From positions 62,001 through 126,000 of the forward strand of contig NW_027590263.1 in NCBI RefSeq assembly GCF_964213995.1: a DNA stretch of 64,000 nucleotides. The letters run 5' to 3'. A program made the translations under genes and the position numbers. Of this stretch, positions 35,511-50,959 are shown piece after piece (position 1 is the first letter of the stretch; the number at the start of each line of letters is the position of its first letter). The notes below the pieces were generated by a model. That model was not told the DNA's origin. It ran no database searches and worked only from the letters and a program-made list of their open reading frames with translations. Origin of the DNA: Mustelus asterias (Eukaryota).

Positions 35511-37859
35511 TCTGAGACGCTACAGAAGCAGGGTAAAGATTTGAAAATGAAGTGTTTCTTACCCACTTTTAAAAGACAATCCACATTCACACCAGTCACA
35601 TTTCACACACTCTGCTCAGTCCTGTGTTGGGGGGGTGTTTAGTGCGGGATCAGTGTTTGCTTTTCTCAAACCGCAGTGATATTCCCAACAAGGGCACGAG
35701 GTTTCAGTGTTTAAACATGTAAAGATTACAAAACTAAACCAGACAGAAAGTGATGAGGCCTCACACCTTCAATGTAGTAATCTTCGCTCAGAGTCAGAGA
35801 GATTGTGGGTTCAGGTCAGAGCCTGAAATACTAGGCCCTTAGCATCGAGACACACAGAGACAGAGAAACACAGAGACAGAGACAGATAGAGAAATGCAGA
35901 GACAGAGAGACACACACAGATACATAGAGAGATAGAGACACAGAGAGACGCACAGATACACAGAGAGACGCACAGATACACAGAGAGATAGAGACAGAGA
36001 GACACACACATAAACACACTAACAGAGAAATACAGAAAGAGAGTTTGGCAAAGTCAGATTTAATTTTCCATTCAATATTTATTTAAAAATTCAGAGAATA
36101 TTTTACAGGAAAGTTGATTTTAAAGTTAACAAAAGTGAATCTGACCTTTGAGCTTCACAATGAGATCAGAACCCCCCCGCTCTGAACTGCCCAATATCTG
36201 TACAGCTGTACCAGACACCAGAAAGAGAAAACCAGAGCTCAACATCACGGGAAATGAACAATTGTGAACAAGGAACGAGAAAAGTTATTAATTTATACCT
36301 GAGATTTAAACTACAGGAAAACTATTAACTACAATTACAGAACAACAAAAGTTACCGTATACATTTCACACTGAAAACTGAACTCCCGCCCACAATTGTC
36401 TCAGTGACAGATACAGAATGATAAACTGAGAGAATTTCACTGCTGGAGTCACCGACAGCAGATATTGTATTTGTGCCAATCAGGAATCTTAATAATCAGC
36501 TGAGGGAAATCTACACCGTCCAAAATTCAACCCATCACTTGATCTGTAAAAGAAAGATACAATAATGAAGCAGATGTTTATGATGCGGGACATTAATGTT
36601 AGAGTTTTTAATCAATGAATCATTTAGAGATTTTTCAAATCCCTTCTGTCAGTTTGAAAATACACTCTGACACCAGTCACATTTCACACTCTCTGCTCAG
36701 TCCTGTGTTGGGGGGGTGTTTAGTGTGGGATCAGTGTTTGCTTTTCTCAAACCGCACTGATATTCCCAACAAGGGCAAGAGATTTCAGTGTTTAAAAATG
36801 TAAAGATTTCAGAACAAAACCAGACAGAGAGTGATGAGGCCTCACACCTTCAATGTAGTGATTCCCCCTATCTTTCCTTTTGTATATTGTTTCCTTCCTC
36901 TGTCTGAAGTATTGGAGACGTCGACATCACTGAAACAATACAATCTCTCGGGACAATCACTGTAAACAGCTTCTGGAAACAAATTAACACTTTAATCACC
37001 CAAAAAGCTGAATGTCCATTCAAACACCTCCCTCCCCATATCCTTGTCAATGCAAAGATAACTCCCATTTCCCCAAAGCAGGAAGATGTGAAATGGAAAC
37101 ATCTTCAGCTTTTTACACACTGCACTTTTCCACGGACCAAAATGTTTCAAAACATTTGCTGAAGTTTTGTTTTAAACTCTTTATCAATGTCCTTCCAGGT
37201 TTAGTGTGAAGGTTTGTGTTCCACACTGAGCCCCTCTCAGTCTCCACACGGAGCTTGTGTGTGTGCTGATGCTCCTGTCATTTTGGATGGATACTGTGTG
37301 AAGCTGCATTCTCTCCCAGTGAGTTTCTGATCTACTTCACTCTCTCTGCGGCTGGAGCAATGTCCAGCAGGCAGCAGAGGATGGCAGTGTATCACAGTCA
37401 GCACAATATAGACAAACAGCCTTTAGCAAGAGAGGCTTTGACCCTTTTTCAAACCAAATCCCCAATTTGATGTTTCCAGCTGCGCTGTTTACAATGCTGC
37501 TGAATATTGTGTGTCTTTGGTAAACTGGGATGTGTAGCATTCAGTCACATTAAGTGGTCAATAAATACGTCCACACTGTGTATATCTTTCTGTGTGTGTG
37601 TGTCAGCGTGCATGTGTGTCAATGTATTTAAATCTCAAAGGAAAATAGGAGCAGGTGTAGGCCATTTGGCCCATCGATCCAGCGCCAGCATTCAAACAGA
37701 TCATGGTGCACGTACGCACACAAAACACGCACACACCAACATACACAAAACACGCACACACCAACACACACAAAACACGCACACACCAACACACACAAAA
37801 CACGCACACACACACACAAACACACATAAAACACGCACAATAAACACACACAGAAACAC

Positions 37860-38165
37860 AGCACTGCTGCCTCACAGTGCCAGGGACTCGGGTTCGGTTC
37901 CCACCTTGGGTCACTGTCTGTGTGGAGTTTGCACGTTCTCCCCATGTCTGCGTGGGTATCCTCCGGGTGCTCCGGTTTCCTCCCACAGTCTGAAAGACGT
38001 TCTGGTTAGGGTGCATTGGCCGCGCTAAATTGTCCCTCCGCGTCAGGGAGACGAGCTCGGGTAAATGCATGGGGTAATGGGGATAGGGCCTGGGTGGGAT
38101 TGTGGTCGGTGCAGACTCAATGGGCCAAATGGCCTCCTTCTGCACTGTAGGAGTCCAGGATTCTA
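37860..38165 (+). mobile_element. HE1-like SINE (duplicate at ~59435-59745)
   Basis: SINE body tgtctgtgtggagtttgcacgttctcccc and CR1-like tail. Confidence 0.8.
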
Positions 38166-38514
38166 TGAAAACACACAGAAACAGATATTCTCACCCAGTA
38201 ACACTCACACGCACACAGTAATAAACACACACGGAAACATGTCCACGCACACACACAAACACGCATGCACACACAAACANNNNNNNNNNNNNNNNNNNNN
38301 NNNNNNNNNNNNNNNNNNNNNNNNNNNNNNNNNNNNNNNNNNNNNNNNNNNNNNNNNNNNNNNNNNNNNNNNNNNNNNNNNNNNNNNNNNNNNNNNNNNN
38401 NNNNNNNNNNNNNNNNNNNNNNNNNNNNNNNNNNNNNNNNNNNNNNNNNNNNNNNNNNNNNNNNNNNNNNNNNNNNNNNNNNNNNNNNNNNNNNNNNNNN
38501 NNNNNNNNNNNNNN

Positions 38515-38770
38515 ACACAATCGATTTGCGTCTTGAACATGCTGAATGATTGGGCTTCCACATCCCCCTGGAATAGAAAATTCCAAAGATTCACCACCCT
38601 CTGAGTGAAGAAATTTCTCCTCATCTCAGTCTTCAATGGTCTGCCCCTGATTCTGAGATTGTGTCCCCTGGTTCTAGTCTCACCAGCCAGGGGAAACATC
38701 CAATCTACATCCACCCTGTCACACCCTGTAAGAATTTTAAGTCTGTTTCAATGGGATCGCCTCTCATTCT
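38515..38770 (-). mobile_element. CR1 3' fragment (duplicate at ~59890-60145)
   Basis: MFPLAGETRTRGHNLRIRG..RRNFFTQRVVNLWN. Confidence 0.85.
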
Positions 38771-38869
38771 TCAAGGGTTCAAGGCCGACTTCCAGACTTG
38801 ATGGCCATGGAAGGTGTGCTCATAACGGGGCCAAACAGCTGGATTATCAAACAGTAAATCCTGCCGGGA

Positions 38870-40132
38870 TCATGTATCCGTAAACTCTGCCCGAAACCTC
38901 TCTCAGTTATTACAATCTGGGCCTTGTATCAGTAAACTCTGCCCTAAACCACTCTCAGTTATTACAATCTGGGCTTTGTATCAGTAAACTCTGCCCGAAA
39001 CCTCTCTCAGTTATTACAATCTGGGCCTTGTATCAGTAAACTCTGCCCGAAACCTCTCTCAGTTATTACAATCTGGGCCTTGTATCCGTAAACTCTGCCC
39101 GAAACCTCTCTCAGTTATTACAATCTGGGCCTTGTATCAGTGAACTCTGCCCGAAACCTCTCTCAGTTATTACAATCTGGGCCTTGTATCAGTAAACTCT
39201 GCCCGAAACCTCTCTCAGTTATTACAATCTGGGCCTTGTATCAGTAAACTCTGCCCGAAACCTCTCTCAGTTATTACAATCTGGGCCTTGTATCAGTAAT
39301 CTCTGCCCGAACCCTCTCTGTTATTACAATCTGGGCCTTGTATCAGTAAACTCTGCCCTAAACCTCTCTCAGTTATTACAATCTGGGCCTTGTATCAGTA
39401 ATCTCTGCCCTAAACCTCTCTCAGTTACTACAATTTGGGCGTTGTGTCAGTACAATCTGCCCTAAACATCTCTCAGTTATTACAATCTGGGACTTGTATC
39501 AGTAATCTCTGCCCTAAACCTCTCTCAGATATTACAATCTGGGCCTTGTATCAGTAATCTCTGCCCTAAACCTCTCTCAGATATTACAATCTGGGCCTTG
39601 TATCAGTAATCTCTGCCCTAAAACTCTCTCAGTTATTACAATCTGGGCCTTGTATCAGTAATCTCTGCCCTATACCTCTCTCAGTTATTACAATCTGGGC
39701 CTTGTATCAGTAATCTCTGCCCTATACCTCTTTAGTTATTACAATCTGGGCCCTGTATCAGTAAACTCTGCCCGAAACCTCTCTCTGTTATTACAATCTG
39801 GGCTTTGTATCAGTATATACTGCCCTAAACCTCTCTCAGTTATTACAATCTGGGCCTGGTATCAGTAATCTCTGCCCGAAACCTCTCTCAGTTATTACAA
39901 TCTGGGCCTGGTATCAGTAATCTCTGCCCTCAACCTCTCTGTTATTACAATCTGGGCCTGGTATCAGTCATCTCTGCCCTAAACCTCTCTGTTATTACAA
40001 TCTGGGCCTGGTATCAGTAATCTCTGCCCTAAACCTCTCTGTTATTACAATCTGGGCCTGGTATCAGTAATCTCTGCCCTAAACCTCTCTCAGTTATTAC
40101 AATCTGGGTCTTGTATCAGTAAACTCTGCCCT
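38870..40132. repeat. 52-bp satellite array 2 (~24 units)
   Basis: Same unit as array 1. Confidence 0.95.
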
Positions 40133-40899
40133 TCAGCTGATTGCAGAATATCATTGTGAATATTACTGAGTTTGGGATGTAATATTTTCCTGCTGTTGCC
40201 AATATGGCTATTTTTAACATAGTTTCTGGGATCCTCCAGTCTCCCCTCAGCAGCTTTCTGGGCAGTGAGAGGTGACACACCGTTCACTAGCGGAGGGAGT
40301 TTTTGGTCCTGTCGCTGTCAATGGGATTTCCCATTGAAGTCACCTCACGCTAGCAGGAAACCAGAGGCAGGGGAACGAGAGCAGAGAATTCCCCACGAGT
40401 GAACAGCCGGAGAATCCCGGACATTCGCTCCTTTCCCAGTTATCACTGCACTCAACCCAGTCGCTGTTTATACGCTCAGTTGTCTCAGTGAATACTACAT
40501 TACACCATGCTGCTGTGGACACTACAATCAACCCTTTTTGAGTTCTCACTGTATTAATACCATGTATGGATTGATATTTCATTGGACAGTGTGCTGGGTT
40601 AGATGAATATTTATTGATTCTTGTGATGTGGGTGTCACTGGCTAGGTCAGCATTTATTGCCCATTCCTAGTTGCCCTGGAGAAGGTGGTGATGAGCTGCC
40701 GTCTTGAACCCGCTGCTGTCTATGTGGTGTAGGTACACCCACAGTGCTGTTAGGGAGGGAACCTGCTTAAATTATCACTGCATTTAACCATGTCACTCTT
40801 TATAAAAAATAAACTAGACCATGTCTGGGTAATGAATGTGGAGCATGTCTCCATTTCTCTTTACCTCAGCACTGTATCTGTGTATATAACACTTTATAC

Positions 40900-41195
40900 A
40901 GTTTAAATGTTATTTATTAGTGTCACAAGTAGGCTTACATTAACACTGCAATGAAGTTGCTGTGAAAATCCCCTAGTTGCCACACTCCGGCGCTGTTCGG
41001 CTTCACTGAGGGAGAATTTAGCATGGCCAATCCACCGAACAGCATGTCTTTCAGACTGTGGGAGGAAACCGGAGCACTCGGAGGAAACCCAGACACGGGG
41101 AGAACATGCAGACTCCACACAGACAGTGACGCTAGTCGGGAATCGAACCCGGGTCCCTGGCGCTGAGAGGCTGCAGTGCTAACCACTGCACCACC
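40900..41195 (-). mobile_element. HE1-like tRNA-derived SINE
   Basis: Reverse complement of gtggttagcactgc..gccagggacccgggttcgattcc. Confidence 0.8.
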
Positions 41196-44084
41196 CCTAT
41201 AAACTAGATACAGTTTCTCTTCTTAATGCATGGGGCCATCCCTCTGTATATACTACAATTGGTCTTTACTTAGTTATTGCTTCACTCAACTATGTCACTG
41301 TTTCCAATGCACTCAGTGAAGTCACAGTTATTGACGCACGCAGCCATGCCTCTATCTACACCACACCCGACAATTTCTAAGCTGTTGCTGCACTTCCCCA
41401 GGAATAGATTTGATCTGTTTCTCTTACATTCAGCATCATCGGAGATACTGCTGTGTTCGGCCTTGTTTCATTCATTACTCAACTCACCTGTGTCTCAGTT
41501 TTATTTTACACAAGTTCCTGTCTTTCTTATTCCTACATTCTACCCTGTTTCAGTTGTTACTGCACTGAAAAATCTCTCTGTTAGGTAGACAGAGAAAGAG
41601 AGTCAGCTGGATGGATAGACGAATATTCCTTTCAAGTTATATATTTGTGTGGGTCAGCTGGTGCCACCACTCTTGTTTGGAACAGTTTTTGTTTGGTCTT
41701 GTTACCAGCTATTGGGTGTTGTGTGAAATGTCCAATTGCTCCAGTATTGTGTGTGTAATATTGGTGTTGAAAGATTGGGTGAATTTCGCTCGAGTCTCTT
41801 GGAGATGAGCAGAAATTGAGGAAGGGAAATAAAGTTGAACATCGGTAAAGGGAAAGTGACCACAGTCCCAGATGACGATCTGCTGCTCTCCCCTTTGAGG
41901 GGGAGAACTCACTGGCGGTGATTTACCACACCTCAGGCCAGGGGAAAGGTTGAAAGGGTTGGGCTTTCATGACGTGTTGGAGACTTTGTGCATCTCAAAC
42001 CAGCTGTCCAGCCAACTGAGTGAAGCAACTTCCATATTGCCACATTTCAATGCATGTTGCACAACCTGGTCACAAACTATTGCATTGGAGATTACTCACT
42101 GATATTGGGATTGATCTGTGACAATTCTCACAGTCGCATATGTGTGTGTGTTTGTGTGTGTATGTTTCTGTCTGTGTGCATGTTAGTGGATATGTTTTTA
42201 CAGATTCCCAGAGAGAGAGAGAGAGCGAGAGATGCAGAGACCAACAGATGACAGGGTCAAGGAGAGTGAGAGAAAGAGAGAGCCAGATTGAGAGAGGCAC
42301 TGAGAGACAATGTCTGTCCAAATCCTCTTGAAGCCACTTTGCATTTTCCTCACAACTCACATTCCCACCGAGCTTTGTGTCAACCGCAAACTTGGAAATA
42401 TTACATTAGGTCCCCACATCCAAATCATTGATAAACATTGTGAACATCTGGGAACAAAGTCCAGATCCTTGTGGCACAGCCGGCCGACACAAGACGGAGA
42501 AATCATCTGGCCGGGAACACAACAGCGACATTTTTCAGGGAAGCTTGGAGCCAGCTGTGTCTCAGTGGATCATAATCTGCCCTCAGAATCATTCCATTGT
42601 GGCTTCAGTTACAGCATCAAATTCTCGGCCAGGCTGGAAAACAAATCACTCCTCAAATCCCCAAATAAAACGTTCTGGGATCTGAACTTAAAATGCTGTA
42701 ACTGATCATGGAGGAAAGAGTGGGGTCTAATAGACACTGAGAAGATAACTTGCATCTGAATCATAGAACGGTGACAGCGCAGGAGGCCATTCAGCCCCAT
42801 CAAGCCAGTGCGACACTCTGCAAGAGCAATGTCACTATTCCCACTCCTCCACCCTTTCCCCGTCACCCTGTAAATATTTCCCCTTCAGCTTCCCATTCAA
42901 CTTCTCCTGGAAGTCCTTGATGGAATCTGCTTCCACCTCACGCTCAGACAGTACATTCCAGATACTGGACACTCGCTACGTTAGAAACATTTCCTCATGT
43001 TGCCGCTGTCGCCATTTACCTGAATTCAGCATCCTCTGGTTTTCAACCTTTCCCCCAATGTGCCGATTATCTCAAAGCCGATCCTCTCAGTCCCGGGACG
43101 TCCCTGCAGGAGTTCCTCAGGGTGAGTGTCCGAGGCCCCAACCATCTTCAGCTGCTCCATCACTGACCTTCCCTCCATCACAAGGTCTGAAGTGGGGATG
43201 TTCGCTGATGATTGCACAATGTTCAGCACCATACGCAACTCCTCAGATACTGAACCAGAAAATAAGAACATACCAAACAGGTCAGGCAGCATCTGTGGAG
43301 AGAGAAACAGATTCTGGGACCAGGGGGACTGAGAGACAGGCAGATTGAGAAAAATATGCACACACACTAACACTCACACTCAGACAGCCTAAAACTAAAC
43401 AGATATATAATGGAGGAGGAATCCCTTCTCCCTCTGTAAATAGAGATTAACTAGATTTCTCTTCCAAAAAGACAGCACATCTGGATGGGCAGAATAGTCT
43501 CCAATTCTACCCATGGTCCTTTTCTGATCTCCATTCTTCACATCTGCACACGTTGGCTTCAGCTCCAGTTTGTGAATGAAAGCAAACCCCTGTTCATTAC
43601 AAATCCACTCAGCCTTTTCCCTCTGCTCTCTCCACACACAATCTACAAGACACAAACAGGAAAGATGGATTCCAGGAGAGAAAGGTCACACCTGATCCTC
43701 CTCTCAATGGATTCTCTGTCGCCAGAGAGAACATTCCAGCTCCTACAGAAAGTCACAACTGATTAATGTCAGGGACAGAATTGGAATGAATTAGACACAA
43801 GAGAGATGAAAGGTTTCTGCTCATCATAAAAAGCTAAAGAGTCACTCAATGCCATTAAGGGAGAGACCTCGCTGGTCTATCTTTGACCCAAGTCACACAC
43901 TGACTCTGAATGTCCTCACAGCAACTTGGGGGATGGACATTTCTAAAGTACTATTCATGGCTTTAGGGTTTCCAAAAGTGTTTCACCGACAATGGAGCGC
44001 TTTTGAAATGTTGTCAGTGTTATTTAGGAAATAAGCAAAATTTTGACGCCACACGCATTGAGTTTAAAAATTGGCAAGCCATGT

Positions 44085-47000
44085 TGCAGCTTTATAGAAC
44101 CATTGTTAGGCCGCACTTGGAATATAGTGTTCAATTCTGATCGACACACTACCAGAAAGATGTGGAGGCTTTGGAGACGGTACAGAAAAGATTTACCAGG
44201 ATGTTGCCTGGTATGGAGGGCATTAGCTATGAGGAGAGGTTGGAGAAACTTGGTTTGTTCTCACTGGAACGACGGAGGTTGAGGGGGCGACCTGATAGAA
44301 ATCTACAAGATTATGAGGGGCATGGACAGAGTGGATAGTCAGGAGCTTTTTCCCAGGGTTGAAGAGTCAATTACTAGGGGGCACAGGTTTAAGGTGTGAG
44401 GGACAAGGTTTAAAGGAGATGTACGAGGCAAGTTTTTTACACAGAGGGTGGTGGTGCCTGGAACTCGCTGCTGGGAGAGGGAGTGGAAGCAGATACGATA
44501 GTGAGTTTTAAGGGGCGTCTGGAGAAATACAAGAATAGGATGGGAATAGAGGGATATGGTCCCTGGAAGGGGAGGGGGTTTTAGTTCACACATGGTTGGT
44601 GCAGGCTTGGAGGGCCAAAGGGCCTGTTCTTGTGCTGTAATTTTCTTTATTCTAATTTCAGAGAGAGATATATACAGATACAGAGCCATAGAGAGACAGA
44701 AACAGGATGGGATTGTGCTGTACATGTTTCCGAGCTGACATTGAGACACACACGAGATGTACACCAATGATTTGGATGAGGGAACCAAAAATAATATTTC
44801 CAAGTTTGCTGATGCCATGAAACTTGTTGGGAATGTGAGTAGTGAGAAGGATGTTAAAATGTTTCACAGTGACTTCAGAAAATTGAGTGAATGGGTAAAT
44901 GCACGGCAGATGCTGTATAACGTGGACAAACGAGAATTTAACTACTTCGGACAGAGAAGCAGAATGGCAGAGGGTTATTTAAATGGTGATAGATTGGGAA
45001 ATGTTGATATACAAAGGGACCTGGGTGTCCCAGTACACCAGAGACTGAAAGCAAGCATGCAGCTACAGCAAACAGTTAGGAAGGCAAATGATATGTTGGC
45101 CTTCATTGCAAGAGAATTTGAGGAAAGGAGCAAGGATGTCTTACTGCAGCTGTACAGGCCCTCGGTGAGACCACACCTGGAATATTGTGTACAGTTTTTG
45201 TCTCTGTAACTATGAAATGCTGCACTTACCATAGAGGGAGAGCAGCGGAGGCACACCAGACTGATTCCTGGGATGGCAGGATTGTCGTATGAGGAGAGAT
45301 TGAGTCGACTGGGCCTGTATTCACTGGAGTTCCGAAGAATGAGAGGGGATCGAATTGAAATGTATAAATTCTGACTGGGCTGGAGTGACTGAATACAGGG
45401 ATGTTGTTTCCTCCAGCTGAGGGGCTGAGGGGGTGGGGAGAGGGGGGGGGGGGAGAGGCTGGAACAAGGGGTCACAGATGGTGAAACTTTGCAATATGTT
45501 TAATCTGTAGAAACCTATCCATCTCAGTCTGTGAACGATGACTGAGCCTCCACAGCCCCCTGGGACAGGGAATTCCAAAGATTCACCATCCTGCAAGCAC
45601 ATGGAATTCAGGAAAACTTGGCGAGATGGATCGGAAACTGGTTTAGTAATTGGACACAAAGGGTGGTGTTGGAAGGCTTTTTGAGTGGCTGGAGGCCGGT
45701 GTCCAGTGGTGCACCACAAGGCTCCGTGCTGGGGGGCTTGTTGTTGTTATACATAAATGAGACAGATGATAATGTGGGGGCAATGATAAGCAAGGTTCCA
45801 GATGACACCAAGATTGGTAGGATGGTTAATAGTGAAGAAGGTTGTAGGTTACAGGAAGATATCGCTGGGTTGGTCAGATAGGCAGAGCAGTGGCAGATGG
45901 TATTTGACCCTGATAGGTGCGAGGTGATGCACTTTGGAAGCAGTAACAAGGCAAGGGAGTATTTAATGAGTTGCAGGACACTGGGAAGCTCAGAGGAACA
46001 TATGGATCTTGGGCAATTATTCACAGATCCCTGAAGGCAGCAGAGCAGGTGAATCAAGTGGTAAAGAAGGCAGATGAGACACTTGCTTTTATCAGTCATG
46101 GCGCAGAGTAGAAGAGCAAAGAGTTAATGTTGGAGTTGTACAGAGCGTTGGTTAGGCCACAGCTGGAGTACCGTGTGCAGATCTGGTCACCACACCAGAG
46201 GAAGGATATGATAGCACTAGAGGGGGTACAGAGGAGGCTCAGCAGCAAGTTGCCTGGGATGGAGTATTTGAGCTATAAGGAGAGACTGGATAGGTTTGGA
46301 TTGTTTTCTTTAGAGCAGAGAAGGCTGATTGAGGTGTGTAAGATTATGAGGGGTATGGGACAGGGTGAATAGGAAACGGCTGTTCCCCTTGGTTGAGAGG
46401 TCAATCATGAGGGGACATAGTTTTAGGGCAAAGGGCAGGAGATTCAGAGGAGAGTTGAGAAAAACATTCACTCAGAGGGTGATGGGAATCAGGAATGTAC
46501 TGCCTGGGAAGGCAGTGGAGGTCGGAAACCTTACAACCTTTCAAAAGCATTTGGATGAGCACTTGAAACATCACAACATTCAAAGATATGGTACAAGAGA
46601 TGGAAAGTTGGATGAGCACAACTTTAGTGGTAGTTACTGTTGGTGCAGACTCAATGGGTCGAAGGGCCTTTTCTTCACTGTACCACTCTATGACTCTGAG
46701 GGAAGAAATTCCTCCTCACAGGAAGCAGAGAGTCGGAATAAATGGGTGCTTTTCTGGTTGGCGGATGGTAACTAGTGGCGTGCCGCAGGGATCGGTACTG
46801 GGGCCTCAACTATTTACCATTTATATAGACGATCTGGAGGAGGGGGATTGAGTGTAGGGTAACAAAGTTTGCAGACGACACAAAGATAAGTGGAAAAGTG
46901 AATCGTGTGGAGGGCGTAGAAGGTCTGCAGAGAGATTTGGACAGGCTGAGTGAGTGGGCGAGGATCTGGCAGATGGAGTATAACGTTGACAAATGCGAGG

Positions 47001-49250
47001 TTATTCACTTTGGAGGAAATAATAGTAAATTGGATTATTATCTAAATGGAAAAAAATTACAACATGCTGCTGTGCAGAGGGACCTGGGGGTCCTTGTGCA
47101 TGAGACGCAAAAACCCAGTCTGCAGGTGCAACAGGTGATCAAGAAGGCAAACGGGATGTTGGCATTTATCGCGAGGGGGATAGAATATAAAAGCAGAGAT
47201 GACTTGCTGCATCTGTACAGGGCATTGGTGAGGCCGCAGCTGGAATACTGTGTGCAGTATTGGTCCCCTTATTTGCGGAAGGATATATTGGCCTTGGAGG
47301 GAGTGCAGAGAAGGTTCACCAGGTTGATACCAGAGATGAGGGGTGTTCATTATCAGGAGAGACTGATGGAAACATCCTTCCTGTATCTACTCAGCTAATG
47401 TTTGGGGGTTGGGGAGAGTTATAGAACAAAGAGATCTCGGGGTACAGGTTCATAGCTTCTTGACAGTGGAGTCACAGGTGGACAGAGTGGTGAAGAAGGC
47501 ATTCAGCATGCTTGGTTTCATTGGTCAGGACATTGAATACAGGAGTTGGGACGTCTTGTTGGAGTTGTACAAGACATTGTTAAGGCCATGCTGGGAATAC
47601 TGTGTACAGTTCTGGTCACCCTATTTTAGAATGGATATTATTAAACTAGAAAGAGTGCAAAAAAGATTTACTAGGATGCTACCGGGACATGATAGTTTGG
47701 GTTTTAAGGAGAGGTTGCACAGATGGGACTTTTTTCCCTGTAGCGTAGAAGACTGAGGGGTGATTTTATAGAGGTCTATAAAATAATGAGGGGCATAGAT
47801 CAGCGAGATAGTCAATATCTTCTCCCAAAGGTAGGGGAGTCTAAAACTAGAGGGCATAGGTTTAAGGTGAGAGGGGAGAGATACAAAAGGGTCCAGAGGG
47901 CAATTCTTTTCACACAGAGGGTGGTGAGTGTCTGGAATGAGCTGCCAGAGGTAGTAGTAGAGGCGGGTACAATTTTATGTTTTAAAAAGCATTTAGACAG
48001 TTACATGGGTAAGATTGGTATAGAGGGATATGGGCGAAACACAGGCAATTGTGATTAGCTTAATGGTAAAAACTGGGCGGCATGGACAAGTTGGGCCAAA
48101 GCGCGTTTCCATGCTGTAAACCTCTATGACTCGACCCTGCTGAGCCCTGTAAGAATTGTCCAAGTTTGAATGAGGTCACCTCTCATGCTTCTCAAGTGCA
48201 TAAAGTAAAAGTCCAGTTTATTTTCTTTCCTCAGAGGACAATCCCTCCATCCCAGGAATTAATGCAGTGAAATGTCATTGAAGTCCCTCTCGGACAAGAA
48301 TGTCTTTCCTTAGGTAAGAGGATAAAACTGTCCACAACACTCCGTGTGTGGTTTCACCACTAATTCAGCCTCTCCCACATCCCCTTGAAGAGTCTACATC
48401 CTCCTCACAACTCACACTTCCACCTGCTTTCATGTCATCTGCAAACTCGGAAATATTACATTTGATCCCAAACGTCCAAATCAATGATATGGATTGTGAA
48501 TAGCTGGGCTCCCGAGTACTGATCCTTGTGATAAGCCGCTGGTCACAGCCTGCCACCCTGAAAATGACCCATTTGTACCTCAGCTCTGTTTTCTGTCCGT
48601 TAACCACTTCTCAATTCATGCCAGTATTATCAGGGTAAATACGTTGCATCACGGGGATAGGGCCTGGGTGGGAATGTTGCCAGCGCAGGCTCGATGGGCT
48701 GTATGGCCTCCTTCTGCACTGTAGGGATTCCATGATTCTAATATGTACATACGTCAGTGAAGGTGGCAGGGCACTTTGAGAGAGCAGTAAATGAAGTATA
48801 TGGTATCCCAACTTTTATTAATGGAGGAATTGAGGACAAGAGTAAGGAGTTCATATTGAACTTGTATAAGACACTTGTTAGGCCTCATCTGGAGACTGCG
48901 CCCAGTTCTGGGCACCGTACTTGAGGAGGGATGTGAAGACATTGGAGAGAGTGCAGAGGAGATTCACAAGAATGATTCCAGGGAATAAGATCCGTAGCTA
49001 CGAGGGTAGATTGGAGAGGTTGGGACTGTTTTCCTTGGAGAAAAGAAGGCTGAGGTGAGACTTGAGAGAGAGATTCAAGATCCTAAGGGGTATCCACAGG
49101 TTAAAGAGTGAGAAACTCTTCCCTCTCAAGAGATGGTCATGAACTAGAGGGCACAGATTCTAAATGATGGGGAAATGGATCAGAAGTGAAGTGAGGAAAA
49201 GCACTTCATCAAGAGGGTGTTTGGAATCTGGAACAATCTTCCTGAAAGCC
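44085..49250. mobile_element. Cluster of about 7 stacked CR1 LINE fragments (mostly plus; ~48130-48620 minus)
   Basis: Repeated RT and C-terminal motifs: G(V/A)PQGSVLG, KFADDTK, LY.ALVRP.LEYCVQ.WSP, LEGVQRRFTR; frameshifted. Confidence 0.9.
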
Positions 49251-50959
49251 TGTTCCAATATTCAATAAGATCCTGGCTGATCTGGGATCTAACTCTCTGT
49301 CTCTTAACCCCTTGGACTAAGGAAAATCTATCAACCCCAGATTTAAAATAATAACAAGTGACCGAGCATCAATAGCCATTTGCAGAAGATTGTTTCAAAC
49401 TAACTCCACACCACATCTGGCAATGTTTCCATTTCTACAATTCTAAAATTCTAAACTGAGGCTAACATTCAAATATTCCCAAATCCTGGAGTTCCCAGCC
49501 AGCAGAAAAACTTGTTCTTTATCAGCCTCTCCCTTTCCCTCATTATTTTCAATGTTTGATTAAATCAGCCCCCAACTTAAATTCCAGCGGTTAAGAATAA
49601 CGTTTAATCTGCACTGTTCATCAAATGTTCCCAACACAAATACTGTAATGGGGTAAATACAGAGTAAAATCCCCTCTGCTCTGTCCAAGGAATGTTTCAT
49701 CACAGATTTTTATTTTGAACTTTAGGAAAAACAGGAATCAAATTGCTCAGCATCCCAGTGTGGCCTCCTGTTTATTTCAATCAGCCCTTCACATTCAAAC
49801 ATGAAGTTGAAGCTTCGAATACTGTCTGTGGCAGCGTTTGTGGATTCAGTTGTTCTCCTGCTTTTTCACTTGTCTGAAGGATTTGAATTATAGACATTGT
49901 TTAATCATTCCTTTCTCTCAGCACATGGAACTTGTGAATCTTCAAGGCAGACAATCTCATGTAATTAACAACAAACTGCATCTTTATTCATCCGTCCATT
50001 TCCTATCTCTGAATGGATCACACACATTTCCAGAATGCAGGAAGCTCTCAATGGAAACTGCTTCCAATTATTCCCCAATACAATTGTTCACACTTGACTG
50101 TAAACTACATTCCACTGACATTCCCAAAGCAGCCACAGAAAAGTGATTCGTTATTTTAAACATTGAACCTGAACTATTTGAGCTGATGATTCACTCACAT
50201 TGTACAGAAATGTTGATCCTGTTTTGATGAGAGTGATCAGATTAACATTGTAACATGAAGACAGCCTCCGTACTGAGATTAACCACATTTACAACAATTC
50301 CGCAATATCAGACCCATTGCTGTGTGTATTGTGTGAATTCAGCTGTGAAATATCTGGACATTTGGAGCTTCCACTGTTTCTGTCATTTCATCATTTATTA
50401 AAGTACGCTGTTCTATCCCTTTTAAATCTAAGTTGTGTCAAATTACATTTCCCTGCACTGAAACCTCTCCACCAGTTTTGTCCATGTACAAAATATGAAT
50501 AACTCTTTGCAATGTGATGTTTCCAGCTATGCTGCTTACAATGCTGTCTAATGTTTTGTGTCATTGGCAAACCAGGATGTGTAGCATTCAGTCACATTAA
50601 ATGGTCAATAAATATNNNNNNNNNNNNNNNNNNNNNNNNNNNNNNNNNNNNNNNNNNNNNNNNNNNNNNNNNNNNNNNNNNNNNNNNNNNNNNNNNNNNN
50701 NNNNNNNNNNNNNNNNNNNNNNNNNNNNNNNNNNNNNNNNNNNNNNNNNNNNNNNNNNNNNNNNNNNNNNNNNNNNNNNNNNNNNNNNNNNNNNNNNNNN
50801 NNNNNNNNNNNNNNNNNNNNNNNNNNNNNNNNNNNNNNNNNNNNNNNNNNNNNNNNNNNNNNGTGTCAGCATGCATGTGTGTCAATGTATTTGAATCTCA
50901 AATATGTGCAGTTGGAGGCCATTTGACCCATCGAGCCTGCTGCACCACTCAAACAGATC

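Noticed and set aside
38870-40132. Satellite minus strand reading ERFRAEFTD, resembling V FR3 DRFSAELD
   Set aside because: The match is too short, is followed by stops and is opposite in orientation to V4; likely chance.
43395-43655. 86-aa minus-strand ORF with a possible acceptor (DCVW...)
   Set aside because: It has no recognisable domain, V framework or RSS.
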